From a virus (Duplodnaviria > Heunggongvirae > Uroviricota > Caudoviricetes), in the IMG/VR virus record IMGVR_UViG_3300030332_001481, positions 195,486 through 259,485 of that record: 64,000 bases of DNA. The stretch is one strand, 5' to 3'. Every line of letters begins with the position of its first letter. Positions within the stretch are counted from its first letter, which is position 1. This document shows positions 9,895 to 19,490 of this stretch, one piece after another. The notes beneath the pieces are model-generated. The model saw nothing but the letters and a program-made list of their open reading frames with translations, was not told where the DNA came from and made no database searches. The translations under genes and the position numbers were made by a program.

Positions 9895-10191
9895 ATGAGC
9901 GACGAAGAGTGGAATGACGAGAAGATAAAAGAGCAGATGGAAAATCTGTGGAATGACGAGAAGATAAAAGAGCAGATAAAAGAGCAGGTGGAAAAGCTGG
10001 ACAACTACCAGCGAGAGACGGTCGTGAGGCTACGTGAGTACGTACCGGAGCTAGCGGGCCGCACCGACGAGGAGATTCACGATCTCTATCGTTACTACAG
10101 CACCACACAAGCAAGTGCTTCGTGGCTTGTCCTGAATTCTACGGAGCCTTTCAGGCAGTTCTTCCTGAAGATGCGCCATATGTTCCGCTGA
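9895..10191 (+). CDS. hypothetical protein with an internal WNDEKIKEQ duplication
   Basis: 98-aa ORF containing a tandem DNA duplication. Confidence 0.6.
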   Translation: MSDEEWNDEKIKEQMENLWNDEKIKEQIKEQVEKLDNYQRETVVRLREYVPELAGRTDEEIHDLYRYYSTTQASASWLVLNSTEPFRQFFLKMRHMFR

Positions 10192-10275
10192 CCTGCGTGG
10201 AACTGTGGAACTATGGGGGGTAACCCTGGCCATACTAGACAGAAGCCGGCGAAGTGCTGGCAGAAAAGGAGAACG

Positions 10276-10674
10276 ATGGACCCGAACGCTTGTGTGAGAA
10301 AGATCTACCGCGGCCTGACGAACCTTGTTCATGCTGGTGGGTACAGTGACGGCGAGGAGCTGATCGAGGACGTGGAAAACCTCCTCGATTGGGTGGATAA
10401 GGAGGGAGTCTTTCCCGACGACGAGGCCACCGGGGACATCTTCGCGTCCCTGTGGTTCGCGCTGTACGACTGCCACGGTGGACAGACCAGTCAGGTCTAC
10501 AGTTTGGCCTGCCGCTGGTCGAACTACTACACCCCGGGCCCCAGTACGGTGCACGTCGAGGAAGAGGGCGGAGAGGTCGAGGACCTCTACAAGACCGCCT
10601 GCGAGCTGCTCGTGCCCGGCTCTTACCCCGAGCACGGGCCCGGTTCTTACCCCGAGAACATGCCCGAAATCTAA
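10276..10674 (+). CDS. hypothetical protein
   Basis: AAGGAG RBS, follows the promoter at 10222. Confidence 0.75.
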   Translation: MDPNACVRKIYRGLTNLVHAGGYSDGEELIEDVENLLDWVDKEGVFPDDEATGDIFASLWFALYDCHGGQTSQVYSLACRWSNYYTPGPSTVHVEEEGGEVEDLYKTACELLVPGSYPEHGPGSYPENMPEI

Positions 10675-10679
10675 CCCCG

Positions 10680-10717
10680 AGCGAAAGGCTGCTGGTAAAT
10701 ACCAGCAGCCTTTCGCT
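10680..10717 (+). terminator. intrinsic terminator hairpin
   Basis: long perfect inverted repeat AGCGAAAGGCTGCTGGTA/TACCAGCAGCCTTTCGCT, followed by GTTTAA. Confidence 0.75.
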
Positions 10718-10771
10718 GTTTAACACCCAAACCTAGCAACCCCACACCCCAACAAGAAAGAGAGCCACACA

Positions 10772-11350
10772 ATGCGATTTCAAAACCTAGCAGGGGCACA
10801 CCCGGAGGTCGCCGACAACGCCATTCTGGCAGAATTGTTCGTGGCGGAGATCCCCTCATGGACGTCCCAGGAGGACGACGGTGTCACGCTCGACATGGAA
10901 GTACCCACGAAATACTACGGAAAGTACAGAGGCTTCGTCTTCATCCGTGCCTGGAAGTACTGGCGGGTCAACGGGTTCATGCCGCTCGACAAGGCGCGAG
11001 AGATCTACGAACAGAGACCCTACGGCCGATCCGATGTACGGGTGGCGGGTCACTGCGGCTGCCCGGCCCCTGAAGATCCCTGGGTCTACCGCGTCGCTGA
11101 GGATGGAAAAGAGGTGATCATCCCCAGCAAAACTGACCAGGAGTTCTTCGATAAGGTTGACAGTGGAACCCTCACTGGATTCTATTCCTCCTCCGAATTC
11201 ATCGAGAGCATCAAAAGGCTGCGAGCCGAAAAGCACTTCGTCGGTTCTATCGAGGAGCGGGACGCGCTGACGGTCCAGGCGGGGATCAAGACCTACCACA
11301 TCGATTCCCAGGCAGGTCTCAAGGTGTTCATGGACACGCTGCGAGCGTAG
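10772..11350 (+). CDS. hypothetical phage protein (RVAGHCGCP motif)
   Basis: 192-aa ORF. Confidence 0.75.
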   Translation: MRFQNLAGAHPEVADNAILAELFVAEIPSWTSQEDDGVTLDMEVPTKYYGKYRGFVFIRAWKYWRVNGFMPLDKAREIYEQRPYGRSDVRVAGHCGCPAPEDPWVYRVAEDGKEVIIPSKTDQEFFDKVDSGTLTGFYSSSEFIESIKRLRAEKHFVGSIEERDALTVQAGIKTYHIDSQAGLKVFMDTLRA

Positions 11351-11436
11351 TTATTAAGGGACCAACCCTGGCTACACTAGGCAGGGAGCCGGGGCTGTCC
11401 CGGCTCCATCCACAACCACAACCACCGAGGAAACAC

Positions 11437-11961
11437 ATGACCATCAACGAGAAGATTCTCACCATCAAGCTCCCGCCCGGCACGGCCCTCATCGTGGAGT
11501 TCCAGGACAAGAACGGGGCGCCGCACGACGGCGAGTTCATCGTGACGCACAACGAGGAGATGATCCACGTCAGTGCGAGCCGCCCCGACGACGCGAGCCG
11601 CGGCGGGGAGATCTACGCCCACTACTTCGGCGATGACAACGGCGTCGCCTCGGGACTGCGGAACGCCGTCGCCGCCGACCCGCCCCCGAAGCACTCGGAG
11701 TACCCCCGCCCCGAGAACATCACCCACGTCGACGTGCGGAAGAAGCTCTACCGGGCGGCGGGGAACACCTACCACCGGGTGAGGATCTTCTTCAAGGACG
11801 GGTCGATGCTCGACAGCGGCAAGACCTACGGCTACGGCAACGCCTGGGAGCAGACGGTGCGAGAGCAGCTGAACCTGGGGTCGGACGTTCGCTACCTCAG
11901 CACGTACTTCCAGACGCACGGCATCTCCCACGAGGTCGAGGACGTCACGGGCAAGCTCTGA
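11437..11961 (+). CDS. hypothetical protein
   Basis: GAGG RBS, follows the promoter at 11364. Confidence 0.75.
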   Translation: MTINEKILTIKLPPGTALIVEFQDKNGAPHDGEFIVTHNEEMIHVSASRPDDASRGGEIYAHYFGDDNGVASGLRNAVAADPPPKHSEYPRPENITHVDVRKKLYRAAGNTYHRVRIFFKDGSMLDSGKTYGYGNAWEQTVREQLNLGSDVRYLSTYFQTHGISHEVEDVTGKL

Positions 11962-12010
11962 GCAGAAACACAACCCACCCAACCACCAAGAACCAAGAAA
12001 GAACCAAACC

Positions 12011-12463
12011 ATGAGAAACCCGCCGGACCTGCAAGATGCCTTCGACCGCGAGGACCTGGAGCGTCTCGACGCCCCGCCCTGGATGGTGCGACTCCTGGAC
12101 TCGAACCCGAACTACTGCTCGTGGGGTCCTTACGAGGACTACATGTGCGCCGACCGGGCGTTCCCCAAGTCCTGGTCGAACCCATCGAGGGCTGAGTCGT
12201 GGGCTGACTTCCAAGCCAAGTGGAAGCTTGGCGACCTGAACGAGTGCGTGAACTTCTACTTCAACATCGAGCGAGTGGACGACGAGCCGGCGGCCCGACT
12301 CCAGCTGATCTTGTGGTGGATTCATCCTCGCAAGGGATGCTCCCGCGGGATCGAGATCGACTGCATCCAGCAGGAAGATCTCCCGGCCATCAAGAAGTTC
12401 CTCACGGAAGCCCGCGACCGCAACACCCAGCGCTTCGCCGGGGTGGAGAAGATCGGATCATGA
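12011..12463 (+). CDS. hypothetical protein
   Basis: 150-aa Trp-rich ORF. Confidence 0.7.
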   Translation: MRNPPDLQDAFDREDLERLDAPPWMVRLLDSNPNYCSWGPYEDYMCADRAFPKSWSNPSRAESWADFQAKWKLGDLNECVNFYFNIERVDDEPAARLQLILWWIHPRKGCSRGIEIDCIQQEDLPAIKKFLTEARDRNTQRFAGVEKIGS

Positions 12464-12663
12464 GCACGAGCGACAAGAGCGACAAGAGCGACAAGAGCGA
12501 ACACTCCTGGGTCACCGAGGACATGTTCAACGAGAAGCTGGATGAGATCGTGGAGGAGTCGGGGTGGGATGTCCCCGGCGTCCACGAAATCCTCAGCGAA
12601 TACTACAACAACGATGTCCTGAAGGCGCTGGAAGACGAGCGCGAGGACGAAGACGAAGACTGA
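12460..12663 (+). CDS. small acidic hypothetical protein
   Basis: ATGA overlap; SDK tandem repeat. Confidence 0.6.
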   Translation: MSTSDKSDKSDKSEHSWVTEDMFNEKLDEIVEESGWDVPGVHEILSEYYNNDVLKALEDEREDEDED

Positions 12664-12667
12664 AGTA

Positions 12668-12705
12668 GAAAAGGCCAGTACCCACACACGGGTACTGGCC
12701 TTTTC
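12668..12705 (+). terminator. intrinsic terminator hairpin
   Basis: GAAAAGGCCAGTACCC...GGGTACTGGCCTTTTC plus a T-run. Confidence 0.8.
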
Positions 12706-12823
12706 TTTGTTCGTGGGGGTGCTCCACCACCTATTATTAAGGGGCCACTGCTGTTAAGGGTCAACCCTGGCCACACTAAGAAGGGAGGCCGGCAGGGTGC
12801 TGGCCCAGAAAAGGAGACGAGAC

Positions 12824-13201
12824 ATGACGATCTGCCACGAGCCGCAGCCCACCCCGACCGAGAAGATCCTCCTGGAGCGCTGGGAGGACCTGGCCGAGCG
12901 GGTCGAGGTTCTCATGGACCTGTACTACGGTGGCCACGGTGACGCGCTGGTCAGCATCGCCCAGAAGTTGTACCCCGACAACGCCGAGGACCAGGACCAG
13001 GCCCACGTCAAGGGAGCGATCGCCGGCCGGCTCTTCCGGCGCCGCGAAGAGTTCGCCGATGTGTGTGCGATGCTGGAGCCGTACTTCGAAGCCTGGCGAC
13101 AGTGGGATGCCTACCAGGCGCAGCGTCGCCGCGAGCTGGCCAAGGCTCGGGTCGACCAGGCGGTGAGCCAGGTCTTCCGGGACATCTCCCGCGGCCTGTA
13201 A
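12824..13201 (+). CDS. hypothetical protein
   Basis: AAGGAG RBS after the promoter at 12763. Confidence 0.7.
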   Translation: MTICHEPQPTPTEKILLERWEDLAERVEVLMDLYYGGHGDALVSIAQKLYPDNAEDQDQAHVKGAIAGRLFRRREEFADVCAMLEPYFEAWRQWDAYQAQRRRELAKARVDQAVSQVFRDISRGL

Positions 13202-13259
13202 CCACAACCACCCACAACCCCCACACAGATTTCACACCAGACCCGAAAGAAACAAAACA

Positions 13260-13736
13260 ATGTGCAAGCCCAAGCAGTCCAACAAGCCCACGCTCCGGCC
13301 CCGCATCGAGATCCTGGACGAGCTGATCGAGATGGTCCGTGCCCGGCGAGACGCGGCGGAGGAGGAGATCGACCGCCTGCACTACAAGCTGGCCGAGCTG
13401 GAAGTCGAGCGAAACTTCCTGGATAAGAGCGATCTTTCCGGGGAGCGCCCGCTCCAGGTGGCCCGCGCCGCTCTCCAGACCGAGACCGAGCGTCTCCACA
13501 ACGCCCTGAAGGGGAAACTACACGACCTCCCGAGCGGAGTCTCGGCGAGGATGGCGGACTGGTCGACATTCTCACTGGTCAAGGTGATCCAGGGGATCAA
13601 GGGCGAGTACCCCGGGGCGAAGATCTCCGACGCCAAACTCCTGGCCGAGAAGGTCATGCGGGAGAAGTTCGGCACCACCGTCAGCCACGACATCACCGAC
13701 ATGGTCAGGCTACAAGGGCCGGACGCCCAGGTCTGA
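13260..13736 (+). CDS. coiled-coil hypothetical protein with a weak L7/L12 C-terminal-like tail
   Basis: VKVIQGIK...GAKISDAKLLAE resembles the KIxxIKxxR...GLxEAKxxVE pattern. Confidence 0.55.
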   Translation: MCKPKQSNKPTLRPRIEILDELIEMVRARRDAAEEEIDRLHYKLAELEVERNFLDKSDLSGERPLQVARAALQTETERLHNALKGKLHDLPSGVSARMADWSTFSLVKVIQGIKGEYPGAKISDAKLLAEKVMREKFGTTVSHDITDMVRLQGPDAQV

Positions 13737-13753
13737 AGAACCACGGAGAGAAA

Positions 13754-14140
13754 ATGAGCCACTACAACGTAGACGAGTTTACCCGAGCGTACATGGAGTG
13801 TGCGCTTTGGTCGACGAACGACGAGAGCACCACAGACGGAGGTGTGCCGATGGATACGAACTACTCCATCGAAGACATCGAAGAGCAAACCCTCGCCAAG
13901 ATGCTTTCCGACTGCAACCGTTTCCAGCTGCACTACGGATGCCTCGTCGAAGCGGAGACGATGGGCGTGTCCAACTGGAAGCGGGCAGGCCACGACTTCT
14001 GGTTGACCCGCAACAATCACGGTGCGGGTTTCTGGGATGGCGATTGGCCCCACGGGGACGCTCTCACCCGTATTTGCACTGACGTGTTCGGAGAGTTCCT
14101 GCTCTACGTGAGCGACGACGGCAAGATCATGCACTACTGA
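13754..14140 (+). CDS. conserved-looking phage protein (GHDFWLTRNxHGAGFWD motif)
   Basis: 128-aa ORF, GGAG RBS; function unknown. Confidence 0.75.
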   Translation: MSHYNVDEFTRAYMECALWSTNDESTTDGGVPMDTNYSIEDIEEQTLAKMLSDCNRFQLHYGCLVEAETMGVSNWKRAGHDFWLTRNNHGAGFWDGDWPHGDALTRICTDVFGEFLLYVSDDGKIMHY

Positions 14141-14281
14141 ACCGAAAAGAAGCCCGCACCCCAACACTCAGGGGTGCGGGCTTCTTTTCGTTTAACCCTT
14201 TCTGTTAAGGCCAACCCTGGCCACACTAGAAAGGAGCCGGGGAGGTCCCGGCAACCAGCCCCAAGAAAGTGAGAAGACATC

Positions 14282-14671
14282 ATGACGAACACCACCAACA
14301 CCACCACCGCCAACATCACCACCCCCGAGACCCAAGTCAGCGGGATCGTCAAGTACTGGTCGAACTACATCATGCGGATGGCGGTCGACCGGGGCTGGTG
14401 GGAGGCCGGTCAGTTGGTCTGCGCCAACCCGAAGATGTGGGGTTGGATCGTGACCAGCTGCGACGACGAAGAGTACCTGGCCGAGTCGATCTACTCGGCG
14501 CTGACGAACCCGGAGCCGCTCCTGGCCTACCGGGCGGTCATCCAGGCGACGTGCGTCATGGAGCGCTGCACGAACAAGCAGCTCCTCCTCGCCGGCCAGC
14601 TGGCCGACGCCTACCGCACCGCGGTGAGCCGCGTCGAGGAGATGCTCCCGGCGCCCAACCGCAACCGCTGA
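14282..14671 (+). CDS. hypothetical protein
   Basis: follows the promoter at 14213. Confidence 0.7.
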   Translation: MTNTTNTTTANITTPETQVSGIVKYWSNYIMRMAVDRGWWEAGQLVCANPKMWGWIVTSCDDEEYLAESIYSALTNPEPLLAYRAVIQATCVMERCTNKQLLLAGQLADAYRTAVSRVEEMLPAPNRNR

Positions 14672-14719
14672 GACAAAAAGAAACTCCGCAACGACCGCGA
14701 AAAAAGAAAGCAGGAAAAC

Positions 14720-14899
14720 ATGACCACAGTATGGCTTGTGATGCTGAAATGGGAAGACTACATTGGCGCATCTGACGAGGTGAAGGGAGTCTTTTCGTCA
14801 AAGGAGAAGGCTGATGCCTTCGTAGTTGGGCAAACCGATCATCCAAGCCCGTGTATGGGTGGGTCCTTTTATGATGTCGAGGAGTTCGAGGTAGAGTAG
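14720..14899 (+). CDS. small hypothetical protein (59 aa, GVFSSKEKA motif), not in the ORF track
   Basis: translated by hand: MTTVWLVMLKWEDY...VEEFEVE; AGGA RBS shared with the next gene's leader. Confidence 0.6.
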   Translation: MTTVWLVMLKWEDYIGASDEVKGVFSSKEKADAFVVGQTDHPSPCMGGSFYDVEEFEVE

Positions 14900-14934
14900 A
14901 TCAAAGTGGCCTACGAAAAAGAAAGCAGGAAAAC

Positions 14935-15735
14935 ATGACGACCAGCACGAGCACGAACACCCCCGCCACCGACAACGGCACCCCCATGCTGACGAAGCTG
15001 GAAGTCCAGCGCATGAGCGACGTGGACCTGGAGACCGAGAACCCCCGCGAGGAGATGGAGAACGTGGGGACGATGGTGTGCTTCCACGGGAAGTACCGCC
15101 TCGGGGACCGGGACCACGGGATCGACCCGGCGGAGTTCGACGGGTGGGACGACGTGGAGAAGTTCTTCCGGGAGGAGATGGGGGCCGCGGTGGTTCTCCC
15201 GGTCTACATGATCGACCACGGCGGCGTGGCGGTCAGCACCGAGCCCTACGGTGACCCGTGGGATTCGGGCCAGGTGGGCTTCATCTTCGCCACGATGGAG
15301 AAGATCCAGGAGGCCATCCCCCTCTCGGACGACCCCCTCGGGGCCGCCGAAAACATCCTCTACAACGAGGTCGTCACCTACAGCAGCTACCTGCAAGGTG
15401 ACGTCTGGGAGTGGGTGGTTCGTTCCAACCAGACCGGGGAGATCCTGGACAGCTGCGGCGGGTTCTACCACGAGGAAGATGCGCAGGAGGACGGCGAGGC
15501 GAACTGGATGGAGTGGGAGACCCACGAGAGAAAGATGGTGACCGAGGCCGCTTCGGCCATGGCCCTCCGTACCTCGCTGGGCGCGCTCAAGGAGGTCGTG
15601 CTCCGCGCCCAGGCGAACGCCGAGGCGCTCCAACAGAACGCAAAGTTCAGCTGCGACCCCTTCAAGCACCCTCAGACGGTGGAGATCGACGCGGTGGTGT
15701 GGGCCAAGCTCCTGGAAGACATCCGCCGGCTCTGA
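14935..15735 (+). CDS. conserved-looking phage protein (DPWDSGQVG motif)
   Basis: 266 aa, strong GC3 bias. Confidence 0.8.
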   Translation: MTTSTSTNTPATDNGTPMLTKLEVQRMSDVDLETENPREEMENVGTMVCFHGKYRLGDRDHGIDPAEFDGWDDVEKFFREEMGAAVVLPVYMIDHGGVAVSTEPYGDPWDSGQVGFIFATMEKIQEAIPLSDDPLGAAENILYNEVVTYSSYLQGDVWEWVVRSNQTGEILDSCGGFYHEEDAQEDGEANWMEWETHERKMVTEAASAMALRTSLGALKEVVLRAQANAEALQQNAKFSCDPFKHPQTVEIDAVVWAKLLEDIRRL

Positions 15736-15986
15736 CCCGATCCACAAGACCAAAAGAACAGATGCAGGGACTCACAACCCCTGCATCTGTTCTTGGTTGC
15801 GGTTAACTGCACAACCCTGGCCACACTAAACCCCGGAAGCCGGCAAGCCAGGGCAAACCAAAACCATCCACCAGAAAGCGAGACCCAAGATGGACAACCC
15901 CGACCAACCCTGGTCACACTAAGCCTCAGAAGCCGGCAAACCAAACCCAACCAGCCGGCAACCCAAACCAAAACCAAGAGGTAGAC

Positions 15987-16448
15987 ATGGCAACGATCCG
16001 AATCATGACCGAAGGCCCCGACTGGCTGGAGTACAGCTGGTCGAGCGGAACGCTACGTTACAACGTCTCAGTCACAGAGCCCCACCCGAAAGCACAAGAA
16101 GACCTCGAACACCTCACGGATTACGTGCCCACCCGCCAGCTGCACGTGCCAGGTGGCACGCAGCGGATGGCGCTTCTCGTCATCCATAGAGACCTGGCGC
16201 AGAGGGAGGGCGAAACCCGGCTGAAGCCGGGCGACCGAGTGGTGTTCCGTGCCAGCCCGACAAACCCTCAGGTTCGAACGGCTTACATCGGCACCATTGC
16301 GGCAGTGGAATCCGAGACGGGGACGGACCTGGCTGCGGTGGAAGTGGAGGGCTACGGCCCGGGTCACGTGTCCAAGGTCCGGCTGGACCAGCTCCGCCCG
16401 GCAAGACCTGGAGAAACTCCACAGTCCGTCTACCGATGTGGGTTCTAA
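15987..16448 (+). CDS. hypothetical protein with a possible SH3/KOW-like C-terminus
   Basis: GAGG RBS after tandem promoters 15813/15906; LKPGDRVVF motif. Confidence 0.65.
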   Translation: MATIRIMTEGPDWLEYSWSSGTLRYNVSVTEPHPKAQEDLEHLTDYVPTRQLHVPGGTQRMALLVIHRDLAQREGETRLKPGDRVVFRASPTNPQVRTAYIGTIAAVESETGTDLAAVEVEGYGPGHVSKVRLDQLRPARPGETPQSVYRCGF

Positions 16449-16553
16449 CCCAACCACTTCACCTGGGGGTCACCCCGGGGTAGAGCAACAAAGCCAAAAG
16501 CCCCGACCCCAACAAGGTCAGGGCTCTTTGGTGTTTAAGCACAAACCAAGCAG

Positions 16554-17426
16554 CCAAGAAAGAGACGAAAGAGATGAAAAGATACCTAGTTACGATGACG
16601 TGGTGGTACCAGGGCGAGCTTGCCAAAGCCCAGCAGCGAGCCACCAAAGAGGCCGAAGCAACGGGCATCCTCCCGAGCCTGGAAGAGATGCTGATGGCCA
16701 AGAACTGGTACGAGACTGTTGTCATGGCAGAGACGAAAAAGGAAGCCATTGCGAAAGCCAAGGAGCGAGCGGCCAAAGACCCGGCGGTAAAGTACGACGA
16801 GAGCAGGATCGACGACGACGACCACCACCACGTTACGGTCCACGAAGTTCCATACCTCACGATCCAGGAGGTTCTGGACGCCCCAACAGTGCGCACTGAG
16901 TACGACATGTACCAGACCGCGAAGTACTTCCAGGGGATTGACGAGTACAGCCTCGACCAGGATGCTATCGCGGAATCGAAGCGAGCGGTCACGCGATTCA
17001 TCTGCGATGTTTGCTTCGACGGGTCACGGATCATGGAGCTGGGGGTTCTGTACTTCGACGGCGAGCCGGTGCTGGTGTTCCAGAACGCGGGGAGATCGGG
17101 CCGAGACCACGAGAAGATGTGGATTGTAGAGGGAGCTGGTGCTCGGAAGCTACAGATGCACCAGTGGCTCCTGACGATGATCCCCACCGAAGATGGCGAC
17201 GATGGGGAGGTGGAGACCCCACTGGACGAAGAGATCCCAGACCTGAGTGTCTTCTACGGTTCTTCCGTGGCGGACGTGTCAAAGTACCAACTCACTCAAA
17301 TAAAGTGGTAAGTTCACAAACCCAAAGAGCCCTCGACCCCAACAGGTCAGGGCTTTTTGGTGTTTAAAGCAACCCAACCAACCCAAGAAAGAGACGAAAG
17401 AGATGAAAAGATACCTAGTTACGATG
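16554..17426 (+). repeat. 44-bp exact direct repeat (16554-16597 and 17383-17426) inside a longer degenerate terminator+leader duplication
   Basis: CCAAGAAAGAGACGAAAGAGATGAAAAGATACCTAGTTACGATG occurs twice. Confidence 0.9.
16574..17311 (+). CDS. hypothetical protein
   Basis: 245-aa ORF. Confidence 0.75.
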   Translation: MKRYLVTMTWWYQGELAKAQQRATKEAEATGILPSLEEMLMAKNWYETVVMAETKKEAIAKAKERAAKDPAVKYDESRIDDDDHHHVTVHEVPYLTIQEVLDAPTVRTEYDMYQTAKYFQGIDEYSLDQDAIAESKRAVTRFICDVCFDGSRIMELGVLYFDGEPVLVFQNAGRSGRDHEKMWIVEGAGARKLQMHQWLLTMIPTEDGDDGEVETPLDEEIPDLSVFYGSSVADVSKYQLTQIKW

Positions 17427-17461
17427 TGGTGGCGGCCGTGGCGGCCGTGTCAAAGTAAAAC

Positions 17462-17731
17462 ATGACTGAGAACGTCATGGAGAAGAACTTCATCTACGTA
17501 ATCGACTACGGTGACTATTGGGAGGGAAGCTGTGCTGATCATCCTCTGGTCTTCTCATCGTCACTAGAGGCACTCGTGTGTGCTAGGGAGAAACTTGAGA
17601 AGGTGAGAGGCATCAGCCCCGCTTCCGCGTACTGCATCGTCCGCGAGTATGTTAGACCCAACATTCCCGGCCAGCCCTGGGAGTACACGCAGGTGTGCAT
17701 GGTTCACAAGGACGAAGAGTGGGTAGCCTAG
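17462..17731 (+). CDS. hypothetical protein
   Basis: 89-aa ORF. Confidence 0.55.
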   Translation: MTENVMEKNFIYVIDYGDYWEGSCADHPLVFSSSLEALVCAREKLEKVRGISPASAYCIVREYVRPNIPGQPWEYTQVCMVHKDEEWVA

Positions 17732-17769
17732 AATGGGTCCAGACCCCAGAGGAAAACACCTGCGCTAAG

Positions 17770-17906
17770 AAAACACCCGTTACATAACAGCTGTTGTTTA
17801 TCGGCCGCCGTACAGCGCCGTACAGCGCCGTACAGCGCCGTACAATGCAAGCGCCCCAGAAAACACTCACTCAAAACACCCGTTACATAACAGCTGTTGT
17901 TTATCG
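17770..17906. repeat. 34-bp direct repeats (17770-17803, 17873-17906) flanking four tandem CGCCGTACAG units (17806-17844)
   Basis: read directly; each 34-mer contains the palindrome AACAGCTGTT. Confidence 0.9.
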
Positions 17907-18248
17907 TACGATCGCCCCGCAGGGGCAGTCGTACAAAAAACGTCAAAGAGCGTGTATTTTTTGACACACCCATGCATTTCTGTATACTTGAGAACCTACA
18001 ACGACTACTCAGGTGTTCGTTTATGCATGGCTCTACTAGTCACTCGCTCCGCTCGTCCGAAATAGATAGTGAATGAATACTTTCTATTCACTAACCAATC
18101 CTGGTGTGGTGGTTGGTTAGCCACTCCCAGCTAACCAACCATTCCTGGGCCTGTACGGTACCTAGAAAGCTCGTAGCGACCACGAGGGTGGGGTAGTGGC
18201 GTCTCACCGCTGCGATTGATTAGAGAGCAACCTAGCAAGATTAGAGAA

Positions 18249-18884
18249 ATGGAACAGATTCAATCGCTTCAAACCAAGGCCCAGAGACTTCTTGCTTGTA
18301 TTGCGGAGGAGATTACCAGTCACTCGCGGGCTCGTAGCTCTGGTGAGCAGGTGACGAGGGACAAAGCTCTTCGGTTACTCCAGGACCTGGGAGTAACTCT
18401 GGAGACTACTATCTCTCCTGAGCAGTCTGGTGTGACGTGGGACGGCGAGGTGTTGTTTGTTCGTGGTCTTACTGCGAGTGACCTGTTGCACGAGCTTGCT
18501 CACTTTCAGTGCGCTCCTGCTACGGCCTACGGGCTTCCTGACTTCGGCTTGGGTCTGGGGTCTAAGGGGAATCTCAAGGCTGCGTGCCAGCGGTACTCAG
18601 TGGAGAGGGTGGCTGAGGCTCCTTGGGAGAAGCGTTCTGTGCGGGGAGTGGATGAGGAGATCTCCGCATCTTTCCTCGGTATTCTTTGGGAGAGATGGTT
18701 GGGTGCTCCCTTCTGGAATGCTCTCGTAGCTGATGGTTGGGGTGGTATAGATGAGAAGGATCAGTGGGCCTGGGGGGATCCTTCCTCCTGGCAGTGTGCT
18801 GCTGACCTCATGGAACTAGGGCTCATCAACACCACAGGGAAACCCAACCTGGTACTGCGAGACGGCAGAAGATTATTAGGTTAG
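18249..18884 (+). CDS. HExxH metalloprotein-like protein
   Basis: LLHELAH...PDFGLG...EEISA, a zincin-like pattern; the codon usage is T-richer than in neighbouring genes. Confidence 0.55.
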   Translation: MEQIQSLQTKAQRLLACIAEEITSHSRARSSGEQVTRDKALRLLQDLGVTLETTISPEQSGVTWDGEVLFVRGLTASDLLHELAHFQCAPATAYGLPDFGLGLGSKGNLKAACQRYSVERVAEAPWEKRSVRGVDEEISASFLGILWERWLGAPFWNALVADGWGGIDEKDQWAWGDPSSWQCAADLMELGLINTTGKPNLVLRDGRRLLG

Positions 18885-19106
18885 CTCTCGGTGAAGACCT
18901 AACGATGTTAGGTTGGACCCTTGAGTATGGCCTAATGAAGTTAGGTGATAACCATCACGAGACCTAACAGAGTTTTGTTTTGGGTGGGCTTGTAGTGGTT
19001 GGGAGTGTGGTTGTTGGGGGTGATGACCTAATCTGATTAAGGGCCCAACCCTGGTCACACTAGGTTGTGGGGCTGGTTGGCCTGGCCCGGAAAGGTTTGG
19101 TGAGTG

Positions 19107-19295
19107 ATGAACGAGGACAAGGGTGAGTTGGAGCTGCGTGCTACGGATGCGTTCTACGAGCGCTTCGGCTACGAGCCGGAGCTGACGTGGGACCGTGGTC
19201 GTCTCTACGCCGCCGCCACGGAGGTTGGTGAGGTGTTCCTGGTCTTGGTTGTCGGTGGTGGCGAGGTGAAGTTCATCTCGGTGGGGACGTACTGA
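19107..19295 (+). CDS. small protein, paralogue 1 (RFGYEPE)
   Basis: similar to the adjacent ORF; follows the promoter at 19047. Confidence 0.7.
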   Translation: MNEDKGELELRATDAFYERFGYEPELTWDRGRLYAAATEVGEVFLVLVVGGGEVKFISVGTY

Positions 19296-19489
19296 TGAGT
19301 AGCGGTGACGAAAGCAGCAGGGTTCGACATCCGGTGGTGTCAGCGTTCTGGGATCGTTTCGGCTACGAGCCGGAGATCCGAATGAACGGGATGGATTTCT
19401 ACGCCTACGCCTCGGAGACGAGGGAGGTGTTCCTGGTCACGACGAACCGTAAGGGCGAGGTGGTGTTCGAGCCGGCGGGGGAGTACTGA
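19295..19489 (+). CDS. small protein, paralogue 2 (RFGYEPE)
   Basis: shares AF..RFGYEPE, YA.A.E..EVFLV and GEV.F with the upstream ORF. Confidence 0.7.
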   Translation: MSSGDESSRVRHPVVSAFWDRFGYEPEIRMNGMDFYAYASETREVFLVTTNRKGEVVFEPAGEY

Positions 19490-19490
19490 A

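Noticed and set aside
17770-17906. Possible CRISPR array (34-bp repeats)
   Set aside because: Only two repeats, the 69-bp interval is itself tandemly repetitive, and there are no cas genes in the window
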